Below, piece after piece: positions 28,389 to 38,189 of a DNA stretch of 64,000 nucleotides; position 1 is the first letter of the stretch; every line of letters begins with the position of its first letter. The stretch lies in NCBI GenBank assembly GCA_964632135.1, contig CAZWEI010000001.1, forward strand, positions 29,883 to 93,882, given 5' to 3'. The position numbers and the translations under genes were made by a program. Below the pieces are notes generated by a model. The model did not search any database, was not told the DNA's origin, and saw nothing but the letters and a program-made list of their open reading frames with translations. Source of the DNA: Candidatus Micrarchaeota archaeon (GTDB taxonomy: Archaea; Micrarchaeota; Micrarchaeia; Burarchaeales; JBFMAP01).

Positions 28389-28841
28389 TTAAGTCCTTTC
28401 TTTATTAAATCGACTACACTCTTTTATCCTTTCCGTGTACGCGCCCAAAGCCCTCTTAACACGCTGTAGCGCGTAGCCTGGCCTTTTAATGACCTGGGTT
28501 TCCAGTATCCTGACGACCTTCCAGCCAATCCTGCGCAGTTCCCGGTTAACCCCTTTGTCCCTTGCCATATTCCTTAGCAGCTTTTTTCTCCAAAACGCGT
28601 TGGCTGGTTTTATTCCCCTCTTACGCCAATTGTACCCATGCCAAAATTCACCGTCTATAAAAACTGCAACTTTCTTCTTGCTGAACACCATGTCCGGTGT
28701 CCCTGGCAGCTTGCTGTAGGTCGAGAAATTGATTTTTGCCTTTTTTAGCAGCTTGCGGAATGTAAGTTCTGGCTTAGTGTTTTTGGAACGTATCCTCGAC
28801 ATTATGCGGCTCCTGGTTTTCTTATCGAATACGTCTGCCAT
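28389..28841 (-). CDS. vsr: very short patch repair endonuclease
   Basis: TKPELTFRKLL, FIDGEFWHGY (FVDGCFWHGH-type), WRKKL. Vsr is the classic Dcm partner. Confidence 0.85.
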   Translation of the reverse strand: MADVFDKKTRSRIMSRIRSKNTKPELTFRKLLKKAKINFSTYSKLPGTPDMVFSKKKVAVFIDGEFWHGYNWRKRGIKPANAFWRKKLLRNMARDKGVNRELRRIGWKVVRILETQVIKRPGYALQRVKRALGAYTERIKECSRFNKERT

Positions 28842-28856
28842 CGCGCTGCACCCCGT

Positions 28857-29582
28857 TTAATGGAGGGATGCGTTAAAGAATTCTACCAGCTTGGCTCTGT
28901 CCGAATCGGTAATGCTAACCTCTGTGCCAAGGATATCGCCTATGGCTTTCGGAAGCGCGTTCCAAACGGACTCCAATGCCGTCGGATCCCCCGTAACCAA
29001 CTCGTAAACCTTTTTCCCGAAGATCCTCCTTATCCGCTCATCCGAACGGCGCCTATAAAGCCAAACACGTTCTCCTGATGAGCCATCCCTCTCAAGGATA
29101 TACGCCCAGTACGCCTTAGCTCTTGGGTATCTCTCTACGGCTGCCTCTAATTTATCCCTGACCTTCTCAAGCGAGCCAGAATTTACGGTGTTGAATTTAT
29201 TCTTGAGTTCCATAAACACCGTGTTGTCCTCCTTCCTCAAATCCACCCCGGTTTCGTCGCCCGTCCCAAGGTTGACCCAACCATCAACCCCGCCAAGAAG
29301 TTTCTGGTGGAATTCGCCTATCGTATTGTTCAAGGTCTTATCGTTTTGCCGTATAACCTCGCCTCTGATCCACCTATCCACTGTACTGCCACTGTTTATT
29401 ATATCAAAAACCATCTTGAATGGGTCGATGGTATTGCGCCGCAGCTCTACCAAGTCAATCTCATTGTCCGAAGTTGGGTAAGCTCCGCATACATGGCGTG
29501 CGCAAGCCAGGAAATGGGCGTCAGAAACAAACCCAACATAATGGTTAGTGGTCGGCATATCCGAATTTATGTGCAACCGCAT
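28857..29582 (-). CDS. putative type II restriction endonuclease (PD-(D/E)xK-like GVD...FMELK motif); hypothetical
   Basis: 241 aa with GVDLRKEDNTVFMELKNK (D-x12-ExK). Convergent with dcm inside the transposon. The first six residues (MRLHIN) are encoded by a copy of the transposase 3'-end sequence. Confidence 0.3.
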   Translation of the reverse strand: MRLHINSDMPTTNHYVGFVSDAHFLACARHVCGAYPTSDNEIDLVELRRNTIDPFKMVFDIINSGSTVDRWIRGEVIRQNDKTLNNTIGEFHQKLLGGVDGWVNLGTGDETGVDLRKEDNTVFMELKNKFNTVNSGSLEKVRDKLEAAVERYPRAKAYWAYILERDGSSGERVWLYRRRSDERIRRIFGKKVYELVTGDPTALESVWNALPKAIGDILGTEVSITDSDRAKLVEFFNASLH

Positions 29583-29601
29583 TAATAAATGTGCAGCGCC
29601 G

Positions 29602-29617
29602 GTTTTATGTGCAAAGC
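29602..29617. repeat. right terminal inverted repeat of the transposon (...TTATGTGCAAAGC)
   Basis: Reverse complement matches the left terminus at 23065-23080. Confidence 0.55.
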
Positions 29618-29627
29618 CCGGCCCACA
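29618..29627. repeat. 10-bp target-site duplication CCGGCCCACA (right copy)
   Basis: See the left copy at 23055-23064. Confidence 0.6.
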
Positions 29628-29628
29628 G

Positions 29629-29644
29629 AAATATATTTAAATTT
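29629..29644 (+). promoter_or_regulatory. archaeal TATA-box/BRE-like element of the thermosome gene (aaatatatttaaattt)
   Basis: AT-rich TTTAWATA-like box about 120 nt upstream of the thermosome ATG in otherwise GC-rich sequence. It lies 2 bp from the transposon target duplication. Confidence 0.35.
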
Positions 29645-29764
29645 GTAGTCATGTATATCTAGTGAAAATGTCAGCCCACGGGGGCGCATTTTGAAAATTG
29701 TTGTTAGTTAGAATAGACGTTCTGTTAAATTGGAAATGAAAACTGGAAACTTGGAGGTGTTGGA

Positions 29765-31420
29765 ATGGCACAGGGAGGAAATTTTGGAGGGCAGCAGGTA
29801 CTGGTGCTGCCAGAGGGTTCGAATCGTCTTCTTGGAAGGGACGCGCAGCGCACTAATATTGCGGTGGCGTTTGCGGTCGCGAACGCGATCCGCACCACGC
29901 TCGGGCCGAGGGGGATGGATAAGATGCTCGTGAGCGAGCTTGGCGACATCGTCATCACGAACGACGGCGCGACCATAATGGAGGAGATGAACGTGGAGCA
30001 TCCTGCCGCGAAAATCATGGTGGAGATAGCGAAGACGCAGGATAAGGAAGTTGGCGACGGCACTACTACCGCGGTGATGCTTGCAGGCGAACTCCTGAAG
30101 CGTGCAGGCGACTTGCTGGATCAGGACATACACGCGAGCACGATAATAAACGGGTACAAGAACGCGGCGCAGAAGTGCGCGGAGTATCTTGAAAGCATAA
30201 GCTACCCCGTCAGGCTCGAGGACACCGAGACGCTCGAGAAAATCGCGTCGATATCAATGGGCTCAAAGACGGTAGGAGTCGGCGGCTCAAAGGACAAGCT
30301 CGGGAAACTCGTCGTGAAGGCGATAAAGCAGGTCGCCGAGAAGAGGGACGGGAAGTATGTCGTTGACGGCGATTTCATAAAAGTCGAGAAAAAGGAGGGC
30401 GGGAAGATTGAGGACACTGAATTGATAAACGGCGTGCTGGTTGATAAGGAAATAGTTCACCCCGGGATGCCGAAGAAAGTGGAGAACGCGAAGATCGCGC
30501 TCGTGGACTCCGCACTCGAAATCGAGAAAACGGAAACTGATGCAAAAATTGAGATAACGTCGCCCCAGCAGATGAGCGAATTCCTCGCGCAGGAGGAAAA
30601 AATGCTGAAGGAGATGGTCGAGAAAGTAGCGGCGAGCGGGGCGAACGTCGTGTTCTGCCAGAAGGGAATCGACGACGTGGCGCAGCACTTCCTCGCGAAG
30701 AAGGGAATCGTGGCCGTGAGGCGCGTGAAGAAGAGCGACATGGAGAAGCTCGCGCGCGCAACAGGCGGAAAAATCGCAACGAGTTTGGACGATTTGAGCA
30801 AGGAGGATTTGGGATTCGCGGGCGTCGTCGAGGAGAAGAAAATCTCCGGAGAGCAGATGGTGTTCGTGGAGAAGTGCAAGGACCCGAAGAGCGTGACGAT
30901 ATTCGTGAGGGCGGGAACAGAGCACGTTGTGAGCGAGGGCGAGCGCGCGATAAAGGACGGGATAGGCGCGGTCAGCAGCGCCGTCGAGGAGGGGAAATAC
31001 GTCACAGGAGGCGGAAGCACCGAGATGGAGCTCGCGACGCTGCTGAGGAAATACGCGACTGAGATTGGCGGGAGGGAGCAGCTCGCGATTCAGGCGTTCG
31101 CTGACGCGCTCGAGACGGTTCCGAGGACGCTCGCGGAGAGCGCGGGAATGGACGCCATTGACACTCTCGTGCAGCTGAGGATGAAGCACAAGAAGGCGGA
31201 CGGAAGAAGCGCAGGCGTGAACGTGTACACCGCGAAAATCGACGACATGAAGTTCCTCGGGGTCATCGAGCCCGTGATGGTGAAGAAGCAGGCCATTTCG
31301 AGCGCGAGCGAGGCAGCGGAGATGCTCCTTCGCATCGACGACATGATAAGCGCGAGGGCGAGGGCGCCGTCCATGCCGCCAGGCGGGGGGATGGGTGGAA
31401 TGGGCGGGGAGATGGAATAA
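29765..31420 (+). CDS. ths: thermosome subunit (group II chaperonin)
   Basis: Typical N-terminal GRDAQRTNI, then GPRGMDKML and [11 protein letters not shown]-binding GDGTTT, and a C-terminal GGMGGM tail. Confidence 0.9.
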   Translation: MAQGGNFGGQQVLVLPEGSNRLLGRDAQRTNIAVAFAVANAIRTTLGPRGMDKMLVSELGDIVITNDGATIMEEMNVEHPAAKIMVEIAKTQDKEVGDGTTTAVMLAGELLKRAGDLLDQDIHASTIINGYKNAAQKCAEYLESISYPVRLEDTETLEKIASISMGSKTVGVGGSKDKLGKLVVKAIKQVAEKRDGKYVVDGDFIKVEKKEGGKIEDTELINGVLVDKEIVHPGMPKKVENAKIALVDSALEIEKTETDAKIEITSPQQMSEFLAQEEKMLKEMVEKVAASGANVVFCQKGIDDVAQHFLAKKGIVAVRRVKKSDMEKLARATGGKIATSLDDLSKEDLGFAGVVEEKKISGEQMVFVEKCKDPKSVTIFVRAGTEHVVSEGERAIKDGIGAVSSAVEEGKYVTGGGSTEMELATLLRKYATEIGGREQLAIQAFADALETVPRTLAESAGMDAIDTLVQLRMKHKKADGRSAGVNVYTAKIDDMKFLGVIEPVMVKKQAISSASEAAEMLLRIDDMISARARAPSMPPGGGMGGMGGEME

Positions 31421-31466
31421 ACCTCTGCCCCATTGCTTTTTATTTTTATATTTTCTATTTCTTCCC

Positions 31467-32351
31467 ATGGCAATCGTTGCCGCGCTGTGCGACATCTGCG
31501 GAAAAGTCGCCGTGGTTTCAACCTGCAGGCTGTGCGGCGCGCGCGCCTGCCCCAAATGCTCGAGCGGGGGAGCGTGCGCGAGATGCAGAGGGGGACGGGA
31601 AGGCAGTGGTGGGAGAATGGGTGGAAAGAAACTGTTCGCATTTATTCTCGCATTTGTTGCGCTGTTTAATTTCGCGAGCGCAGCTTCGTTTGTCCTTTAT
31701 ACCGGAGGCGACGCGAGCATAGGAAACTACACCATCAGACTGCTGAACGTGAGCGTGCTTGGAAAAAACGTCTCGTTTGTCTCTGTTTCGATAGTCGATG
31801 GCGGGCGGAAGAGTTTCGAGGACATAATGACTGGCTCGGGTTATGTCTGGGCTCTTGATGAGGATAACGAGGCGGTCCTCGGAGTGGAGTCTGTTGACGA
31901 GCAGGGAATGGGATGGGCGCGGCTCAACCTCAGCGCAAGACCGCGCAGCGAGAACCTCACGGAATCGAACTCGACAAAGGCGCGCGCATCACGGGCGATA
32001 ATAGGCGCTTATTTTTACATAATGGAACTCAGGGCGAACGGCTCGTTCGACACGTCATCCGCAGAGAACAAGTTGTACGAGGCGCAGAACGCCTACAGGG
32101 AGAAAAATTACGAGAGCGCGCTTGCCCTCGCAGGAGAAGCCGACGGGATTGCGCGCGGGCTGAACCAAACGATAAACGTAACGGCGCCCGCGAACGAGAC
32201 TGGCCAGATATATGTCGAAACCATCCCTGAGGTCAAGGAGCCCGAGAGGCCGAACACCGCGCTCGTGATCGGGATTATCGTCGTCGCGTGCATCGTCGCG
32301 TTCGCGATAACTTATTTCAAAATACTGAAGAAGTGGCAGAAGAGGTACTGA
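31467..32351 (+). CDS. membrane protein with N-terminal C4 zinc ribbon, glycosylated ectodomain and C-terminal TM anchor (hypothetical)
   Basis: CDICGK...CRLCG...CPKC...CARC, then a hydrophobic segment, an ectodomain rich in N-x-S/T sequons, a C-terminal TM and a KKWQKRY tail. Confidence 0.35.
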   Translation: MAIVAALCDICGKVAVVSTCRLCGARACPKCSSGGACARCRGGREGSGGRMGGKKLFAFILAFVALFNFASAASFVLYTGGDASIGNYTIRLLNVSVLGKNVSFVSVSIVDGGRKSFEDIMTGSGYVWALDEDNEAVLGVESVDEQGMGWARLNLSARPRSENLTESNSTKARASRAIIGAYFYIMELRANGSFDTSSAENKLYEAQNAYREKNYESALALAGEADGIARGLNQTINVTAPANETGQIYVETIPEVKEPERPNTALVIGIIVVACIVAFAITYFKILKKWQKRY

Positions 32352-32459
32352 ACGCCCGCTTATGGCTGGCTTCCTGAAGTGGAAAGCAGCATAGAGCTCG
32401 TGAAGGGATTCGACAAGTCGAGTTATGAGAGGTATATAATGTAGCACGCAGAAGCGGCG

Positions 32460-34619
32460 CTAGCACAAACGTTTTGCTATCTCGCGCGCGGCTTCCTTGC
32501 TCAGATTCCTGTTCGCGTTCCCGCACATGGGGTCGAGCACGCACGAGGGGCACCCGCTCTTGCAGTCGCACTTCTCCAATCTCTCGCGCGCCATCCCCAA
32601 TATTTTCTCGAACTTCTCGTAAATTATGCGCGCGAGCCCCGCGCCTCCTGGCACGCCGTCGTAAATGTACATTCTTCCCGATGGGTAGCTTATTCCCCCA
32701 ACCTCCGCCGGGTCCGCGCCAGTGAGCGCTGGGAGCATCGCGATTGAAACATGTTCGAGCGCGTGGAGCCCGTCGCCAAAATTGTCAACTAAACTCACTA
32801 CGCGCGCAGGAAAATCAAAAAAAATCGCATGCGTGTCGAAGGAGTGGAGGTAGGGCTCATCGAAAATTTTTCTCGAAACCTGCGTGTCGCGTAAATAATC
32901 GCGCTTTACATACCCATAAATTTCATCAGTGATGTGAACGCTCGCAAGGCTTAAGTTTCCTGAGAGTGAGGCGCGCTCGTTGAAAACGTCAATAACTTCT
33001 GCCGTTTTTTCCCTGAGCGCGATCGTATATTCAGTAGTTGCGCGCGGCAGTTTCAGAACGCGCGCGGTCTTGTTTTCAACATCGAGCGATTCCGAAACGT
33101 ACTGCTCGCCTCCGTGGAGGTAGAGCGCGCCTGGGAACAGCTCGCACATCGCCATCGACTCCTCGCGCTCGCCCAGAAATTTACCGCTCTCCGCATCGAA
33201 AATTTTAACCGGCTCCGCGCTCCCTCGAACGCCTGCGCTTCGCAAAACCTGAAGCCCTTTTCTCGTTGGGATGAAAACACCCGAGAAATCTCGCAGGAGC
33301 CCCTCGCGCAAAAGAAACTCCAGCACCGCGCGCGCGCCTTCCATCTCGCCCACCTCGTCGGCGTCAAGCGGGCGGTCGCGCGCCATCGCGAGAATCTGCA
33401 GCCGAAGCACATATTCATTCGAGGGGTTCGCATAGCAGTTCTCGGGCTCGCCTTTCAGGTATTCGTTCATGTTTTCGGCGTAATACTGATCGAGCGGGTT
33501 CTCGCGCGCAACGAATACGGCGCTAGCCTCCTGCCCCTTCCTGCCCGCCCTGCCGATTCTCTGCCGGACGCGCGTGAGCGTTCCCGGAAATCCCGCAAGA
33601 ACCACCGCGTCAACAGAGCCGATGTCCATCCCCAGTTCGAGCGCGGAGGTAGTCGCAAGCGCGCGCACGTCCCCTTTCTTGAACTCGTGCTCGAGCCTCC
33701 TTCGCGCCTCGCCCTCGAGCCCGCTCCTGTAAACTTTCAGCGGAACTCCCTCTTCTTTTGCCATCATACCGAGCCGCTCTACAACGGAATGGCTGTTCCC
33801 GAAAACAAGCACCTTCTCCTTATCGAGAAGAAGCGCGCGAGCGAGCTTCAGGCTCGTCGTCGTGTAGCTCTCGCCTCTCGTAAGTGAATTCACGATGTAA
33901 TGATGCGTTTTTGATTTGGGCGCCCATCTCGCATCCACAATGGAGAATTTTCTCTCGAAAAGTTGCTCTGCAAATGCGAGCGCGTTTCCAACGGTCGCAG
34001 AGCAGCAGATGAATTGAACCTCCGGGTTCTTGTTTTTCAGGAGTATGCGGTGGAGCCTCCGCGAAATATTTGAAAGGTGCGCGCCCAGCACTCCTGAGTA
34101 GATGTGAATTTCATCAACCACTACGTATTTCAATTTGGAAAAAAACCAATCAAAAAGGCGCGCGTTCATGAGCATGAAGTGGAGCATGTCGACGTTTGAG
34201 ATGAGAATTTGCGGCTTATCCGCGCGTATTTGCGCGCGGGCGTGCTGCGGCGTGTCGCCGTCATAAACGTCTGCGCGCGCGCCGAGGAGCGCGAACTCGC
34301 GGAACCGCTCAAGTTGGTCGCGCGAGAGCGCCTTAGTAGGATAAAGGAGAAGACTGTTCTTTCCCTCGAGTGCCGCCTCGATAACCGGCACGAGGTAAAT
34401 TTCAGTTTTGCCGCTCGCGGTGGGCGCGCTCACCACCACGTTCTCGCCCGCGCGTATCCTCCCAATCCCCTCTGCCTGGTGCTTGTAGAAATTAACGACG
34501 CCGCGCGCCTCGAGCGCGCGCCGAACGTCGGCATTTATCTCAACCTCTCCAAAGACGGCTTTCTGCTCGCGCTCGAGAAACTCCGAATCTGCGGAAATTT
34601 TTTCCTTCATCCCAGCCAT
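32460..34619 (-). CDS. DEAD/DEAH-box helicase with C-terminal DUF1998 zinc-binding domain (MrfA/Hrq1-like)
   Basis: SAPTASGKT; DEIH (VVDEIH); SAT; QRIGRAGRKG; C-terminal CDCKSGCPSCVLDPMCGN cluster characteristic of DUF1998. Confidence 0.7.
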   Translation of the reverse strand: MAGMKEKISADSEFLEREQKAVFGEVEINADVRRALEARGVVNFYKHQAEGIGRIRAGENVVVSAPTASGKTEIYLVPVIEAALEGKNSLLLYPTKALSRDQLERFREFALLGARADVYDGDTPQHARAQIRADKPQILISNVDMLHFMLMNARLFDWFFSKLKYVVVDEIHIYSGVLGAHLSNISRRLHRILLKNKNPEVQFICCSATVGNALAFAEQLFERKFSIVDARWAPKSKTHHYIVNSLTRGESYTTTSLKLARALLLDKEKVLVFGNSHSVVERLGMMAKEEGVPLKVYRSGLEGEARRRLEHEFKKGDVRALATTSALELGMDIGSVDAVVLAGFPGTLTRVRQRIGRAGRKGQEASAVFVARENPLDQYYAENMNEYLKGEPENCYANPSNEYVLRLQILAMARDRPLDADEVGEMEGARAVLEFLLREGLLRDFSGVFIPTRKGLQVLRSAGVRGSAEPVKIFDAESGKFLGEREESMAMCELFPGALYLHGGEQYVSESLDVENKTARVLKLPRATTEYTIALREKTAEVIDVFNERASLSGNLSLASVHITDEIYGYVKRDYLRDTQVSRKIFDEPYLHSFDTHAIFFDFPARVVSLVDNFGDGLHALEHVSIAMLPALTGADPAEVGGISYPSGRMYIYDGVPGGAGLARIIYEKFEKILGMARERLEKCDCKSGCPSCVLDPMCGNANRNLSKEAAREIAKRLC

Positions 34620-34673
34620 AGGGGTATATAAACCAGTTTAGTAATAAATTATTACTTATTCTGGGGAATTCGC

Positions 34674-35492
34674 ATGATGACGTTTAAGCCTAACATGCGG
34701 TGGCTGAAGGATAGCGACAGCTGTGGGCAGACGGGCCCGGGCGGTGGTGGTTTTAAGAAAGGGAGCGCACCCAGCGGGGTCATGGAGTTTATAAATGAAC
34801 AGAAGTTGCAAAAACTCTCCGAAAACCTCTGGATTGGGGTTAGAACAGCGAAGGGGTGGGGGTTGGAAAAAGCGACGGCAGAGGACGTAAGGGGCCTGCT
34901 ATCGCTCATGGTCGGGATGTGCCCAAGCGAAACATTCGAAAGGGCGTTTAAGCTTGTTTGGGGCATTAAGAAAAGAGCGAGTGAAATGGATGGGGCGGCT
35001 GAGTTCAAGATAAACGACAAACGCGACAAGATAACCTTTTACATTTTCAAGAACGTCCAGCTGGATGCAGGTATGATAGTGTACAAGGCGATGATTGCAA
35101 ACGGCGGGCTGCGGCCTGACCCTGTGTGGTTTAACAGTGGTTCTGAGCCGTTTTATGGATTAATATTTGGGGATGCGCAATACGCGCCTTCGCGCGCGAA
35201 TCTCATCATTGTCGACAAGAGGGGGAAACCTATTAACGATAAAAAGTCGATGATGCTGCAGAGGACGTTTTCAAAATTTTTCGATAAGAAGGTCGCCGAG
35301 GACTTCATCGCGAAAATCGTGGAGATTGCCGAGACCGAGGGACTTAGACTCAAGCATACGTACCTGCACTACGAGGGGGTTGTAACAGGCATTCTGTTCG
35401 CAGATGCACATGGAAAAAGTGGCAGCGTATGCGTGTCAACAGAAAGAATTCAGGGGACCGGCGTTTTCAAAACGCTTCATTTTCGCGGTTGA
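34674..35492 (+). CDS. hypothetical protein
   Basis: 272-aa ORF. No recognisable motifs. Confidence 0.3.
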   Translation: MMTFKPNMRWLKDSDSCGQTGPGGGGFKKGSAPSGVMEFINEQKLQKLSENLWIGVRTAKGWGLEKATAEDVRGLLSLMVGMCPSETFERAFKLVWGIKKRASEMDGAAEFKINDKRDKITFYIFKNVQLDAGMIVYKAMIANGGLRPDPVWFNSGSEPFYGLIFGDAQYAPSRANLIIVDKRGKPINDKKSMMLQRTFSKFFDKKVAEDFIAKIVEIAETEGLRLKHTYLHYEGVVTGILFADAHGKSGSVCVSTERIQGTGVFKTLHFRG

Positions 35493-35587
35493 AAAAAGCA
35501 GTATATACTCATTTCCGAGTAAATAAGTTTAAAAGAGTATGAAGAGAAATAGGCGCGAGAAGAATAGGGTTGGGAAGGGGTGGAAGA

Positions 35588-36370
35588 ATGGCGCTTAAAA
35601 CGTATCAGATAATGGCCATCGCGCTCCTTGCCGCGCTGGGCGCGGTATTCCAGTTGACTCACGATGTTCTGGGAATCTCGCGCGCAATCACGGGCTTCAT
35701 GTACGTCGACCTTGTTGCAGTTCCCGTGCTGCTCGCGTTCTTCGTTCTCGGGTTCGAGTCCTCGCTTTACGTCGCGGTCCTAATCGCGCTTCTTATCACG
35801 CTTCTCACAGGGGACTGGATAGGCGCGAGCATGAAGTTCGCTGCCACGCTTCCGATGGTTCTCGTGCCAGGGCTCATGGTCGTGCTCATGGGCAGGAAAT
35901 ACCACATCTTTGACGTCGTACTCGTCGTTGTGGGCAGCATCGCGCTCGCGATAGTGGCGCTCATCCTCGCGGGAACTGTCGGCTCGTCGCCGCTTATCAC
36001 CGGCATTGTCAAGGACAAGCTGGTCTTGGGCCTGCTTCCGATACTGGTTCTCGCGGGCTGGTCCGTGCTCCTCGCGTACCTCTGGGGCAAGGCAGGCGGG
36101 GCGAACATGACCCTTCTCGCGCGCTCCGACGTGATGATCCTCACGCTTCTGCTCGCGCTTTTCGTTCGCGGTATTGCTGCCGTGGTGAGCAACTACTACT
36201 ACGCGATCCCGATTTTCTTTGGGATGAGCACTGAGGCCGCGATGGACGCGTTCCCGTGGTACATAATTTTCGGCTGGAACGCCGTCCAGGGGCTCGTTGA
36301 GATGCTCATTGCCTGGGTCATCGCGTTCAGGTTCAGGTTCGTGGAGAGATACGGGCAGATTGGATACTAG
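35588..36370 (+). CDS. ECF-transporter substrate-specific (S) component-like integral membrane protein
   Basis: About 6 TM helices, located immediately upstream of EcfA/EcfT homologs. Confidence 0.45.
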   Translation: MALKTYQIMAIALLAALGAVFQLTHDVLGISRAITGFMYVDLVAVPVLLAFFVLGFESSLYVAVLIALLITLLTGDWIGASMKFAATLPMVLVPGLMVVLMGRKYHIFDVVLVVVGSIALAIVALILAGTVGSSPLITGIVKDKLVLGLLPILVLAGWSVLLAYLWGKAGGANMTLLARSDVMILTLLLALFVRGIAAVVSNYYYAIPIFFGMSTEAAMDAFPWYIIFGWNAVQGLVEMLIAWVIAFRFRFVERYGQIGY

Positions 36371-36380
36371 AGGTTGTCGC

Positions 36381-37130
36381 ATGATAGAGATTTCTGGGCT
36401 TTCATTTTCCTATCGCGAGGAGCGCGTTCTTGATGGCATAGATTTGAAAATACGCGGGGGCGAGTTCTTGGGGATTATTGGACCCGTGGGCTCAGGGAAG
36501 ACGACGTTCCTCCTCACGCTGAACGGGATAATACCGCACATGATAAAGGGGAAATTCGGGGGAGGCGTGAAAATTTTCGGGAAGGACACGCACGAATCAA
36601 AAGTCCCAACCCTTGCGCGCGACGTGGGGATTGTTTTTCAGGACCCGGATTCGCAGATATTTTCATTGAAAGTAGCGGACGAGGTCGCGTTCGGGCTGGA
36701 GAACATAGGCGTGCCTCGGGAGGAGATTGATGCGCGCGTGAAGGAGGCGCTTCGTGCTGTCGGGTTGGAGGGGCGCATCAACGACGATCCAAACAACCTT
36801 TCAGGAGGACAGAAGCAGAAACTCGCGCTTGCGTGCGTCCTCGCGATGGACCAAAAAATTTTCGCGCTCGACGAGCCTGTCTCGAACATGGACCACGGGG
36901 GCGCTGTTGAAATTTACGAAATTTTAAGGCGCGCGAACGAGAACGGAAAAACAATAATCGTCGTTGAGCACGATTCTGAACTTCTTCTCGAATACGCGAA
37001 CAGGATAATCGTTTTGGACAAGGGAAGGATTGCGCTGGACGGGAAGGCGGTGCGCGTCCTCTCGAGCAGGAAAATTTCGGAACTGGGTTTGAAAGTACCT
37101 TGTGAATTGAAAAAGAAAACGAAAAAATGA
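36381..37130 (+). CDS. ecfA: energy-coupling factor transporter ATPase (CbiO/EcfA)
   Basis: Walker A GPVGSGKTT, ABC signature LSGGQKQK, Walker B FALDEP, H-loop. Confidence 0.8.
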   Translation: MIEISGLSFSYREERVLDGIDLKIRGGEFLGIIGPVGSGKTTFLLTLNGIIPHMIKGKFGGGVKIFGKDTHESKVPTLARDVGIVFQDPDSQIFSLKVADEVAFGLENIGVPREEIDARVKEALRAVGLEGRINDDPNNLSGGQKQKLALACVLAMDQKIFALDEPVSNMDHGGAVEIYEILRRANENGKTIIVVEHDSELLLEYANRIIVLDKGRIALDGKAVRVLSSRKISELGLKVPCELKKKTKK

Positions 37131-37139
37131 GATGACAAA

Positions 37140-37748
37140 ATGCTCGCGTACAAGGGCAATTCAACACTCATCCACTCGGTTGATGCGCGCGTCAAAATAG
37201 TTTTGCTGTTATTTCTTGTTGGCGCACTGCTTGCCTTTCCTAGGGCAGAGGTCGCGATTTCGGTTTTTGTTTTTGTGGTTTTATTGTATTTCGTCTCGAG
37301 AATTTCTTTGTTCGAGATGTTCGGCGAGCTGAAATTTTTCTGGATGATAATTCTTCTTCCAATAGTAATTCACGCGTTTTTTACGAAAGAGGGAATTTTG
37401 TATGGTTTCGCGCGCAGTATTGTTCTTTTCGATTTGAGCGCGCTCACGTTTCTCTTAATCTACACGACCGAACTGAAAAAAATCCTGCGCGCGCTAGTCT
37501 TTTTCAAACTCCCTAGGACGCTCGCGTTCGCGCTCACCACCTCAATACGCTTCATTTCTGTTTTGCAGAGGGAGTTGGAGAGGATAAAAATCGCGCAGGC
37601 GTCGCGCGGGCACGAGTTCAAGAATGTTTTCTCATCAATCCCATTATTTGTCCCTCTTTTCCACAGCGTTTTCAGGCGCGCGCTGGAACTCTCGATGTCA
37701 CTTGAGGCGCGCGCGTTCGACCCCGAGGACATAAAAATTAGTGAATAA
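37140..37748 (+). CDS. ecfT: energy-coupling factor transporter transmembrane (T) component (CbiQ/EcfT)
   Basis: Polytopic membrane protein with a C-terminal ARxxRGxE-like coupling-helix region (QASRGHEF). Confidence 0.65.
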   Translation: MLAYKGNSTLIHSVDARVKIVLLLFLVGALLAFPRAEVAISVFVFVVLLYFVSRISLFEMFGELKFFWMIILLPIVIHAFFTKEGILYGFARSIVLFDLSALTFLLIYTTELKKILRALVFFKLPRTLAFALTTSIRFISVLQRELERIKIAQASRGHEFKNVFSSIPLFVPLFHSVFRRALELSMSLEARAFDPEDIKISE

Positions 37749-38138
37749 TCAACGGATAATGTCCTCTAATTTCCGGTCTATTCCAAGCGCGCGCTTCTTC
37801 GTTACCGTGAAAGTTTTATCCTGCTCCTCGAGTTCGGAAAGATACATGAACTTCCAGCCTATCCTTGAAATCCGCCACGCGATGAATGTGGTTATACCGG
37901 TGTTCTCCTCCCATTTTTTGAGCGCGAGAAACTTTTCCTTCTCGATGCCGATGCTTCCGGTGTCCCATGCCTTGCACTCGAACGCGTACTGCACCCCTTT
38001 CTTGAAAACCAGAAGGTCAGGCGAAAGAGAGGAAACCCCGCTGCCAGCCGCGCGAATCACTGAAAACCCGCGCTCGGAAAAAGTGTTTATCAGTTCGCGC
38101 TCCCCGCGCGCGCCCTTCGCGTAGCGGCCGAATGTCAT
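37749..38138 (-). CDS. hjc: Holliday junction resolvase Hjc
   Basis: Start at MTFGRYAKGARGERELINTFSERGFSVIRAAGSG...PDLLVFKKGVQYAFECKA, the Hjc PD-(D/E)xK pattern. Confidence 0.8.
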   Translation of the reverse strand: MTFGRYAKGARGERELINTFSERGFSVIRAAGSGVSSLSPDLLVFKKGVQYAFECKAWDTGSIGIEKEKFLALKKWEENTGITTFIAWRISRIGWKFMYLSELEEQDKTFTVTKKRALGIDRKLEDIIR

Positions 38139-38189
38139 GAGTGTGTTTTGGCGTGGGGGTTTAAATATTTGAAGTGAGTAAGAATAGAT

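Larger units (their letters stand above)
23065..29617. mobile_element. 6.55-kb unit transposon (IS4/IS5-superfamily transposase plus restriction-modification cargo)
   Basis: Left terminus AGCTTTGCACAcAAAtC; right terminus gCcGGTTTtATGTGCAAAGC. These are inverted, 10/10 at the tips and about 14/16 overall. Flanked by the direct 10-bp duplication CCGGCCCACA. Carries a single DDE transposase next to the left end. Confidence 0.6.

Noticed and set aside
28857-29582. Confident assignment of the 241-aa ORF as the cognate restriction endonuclease
   Set aside because: Only a loose D...ExK motif and gene context support it. No recognisable similarity to a specific named REase family could be established by eye, so it is left as a low-confidence putative call.
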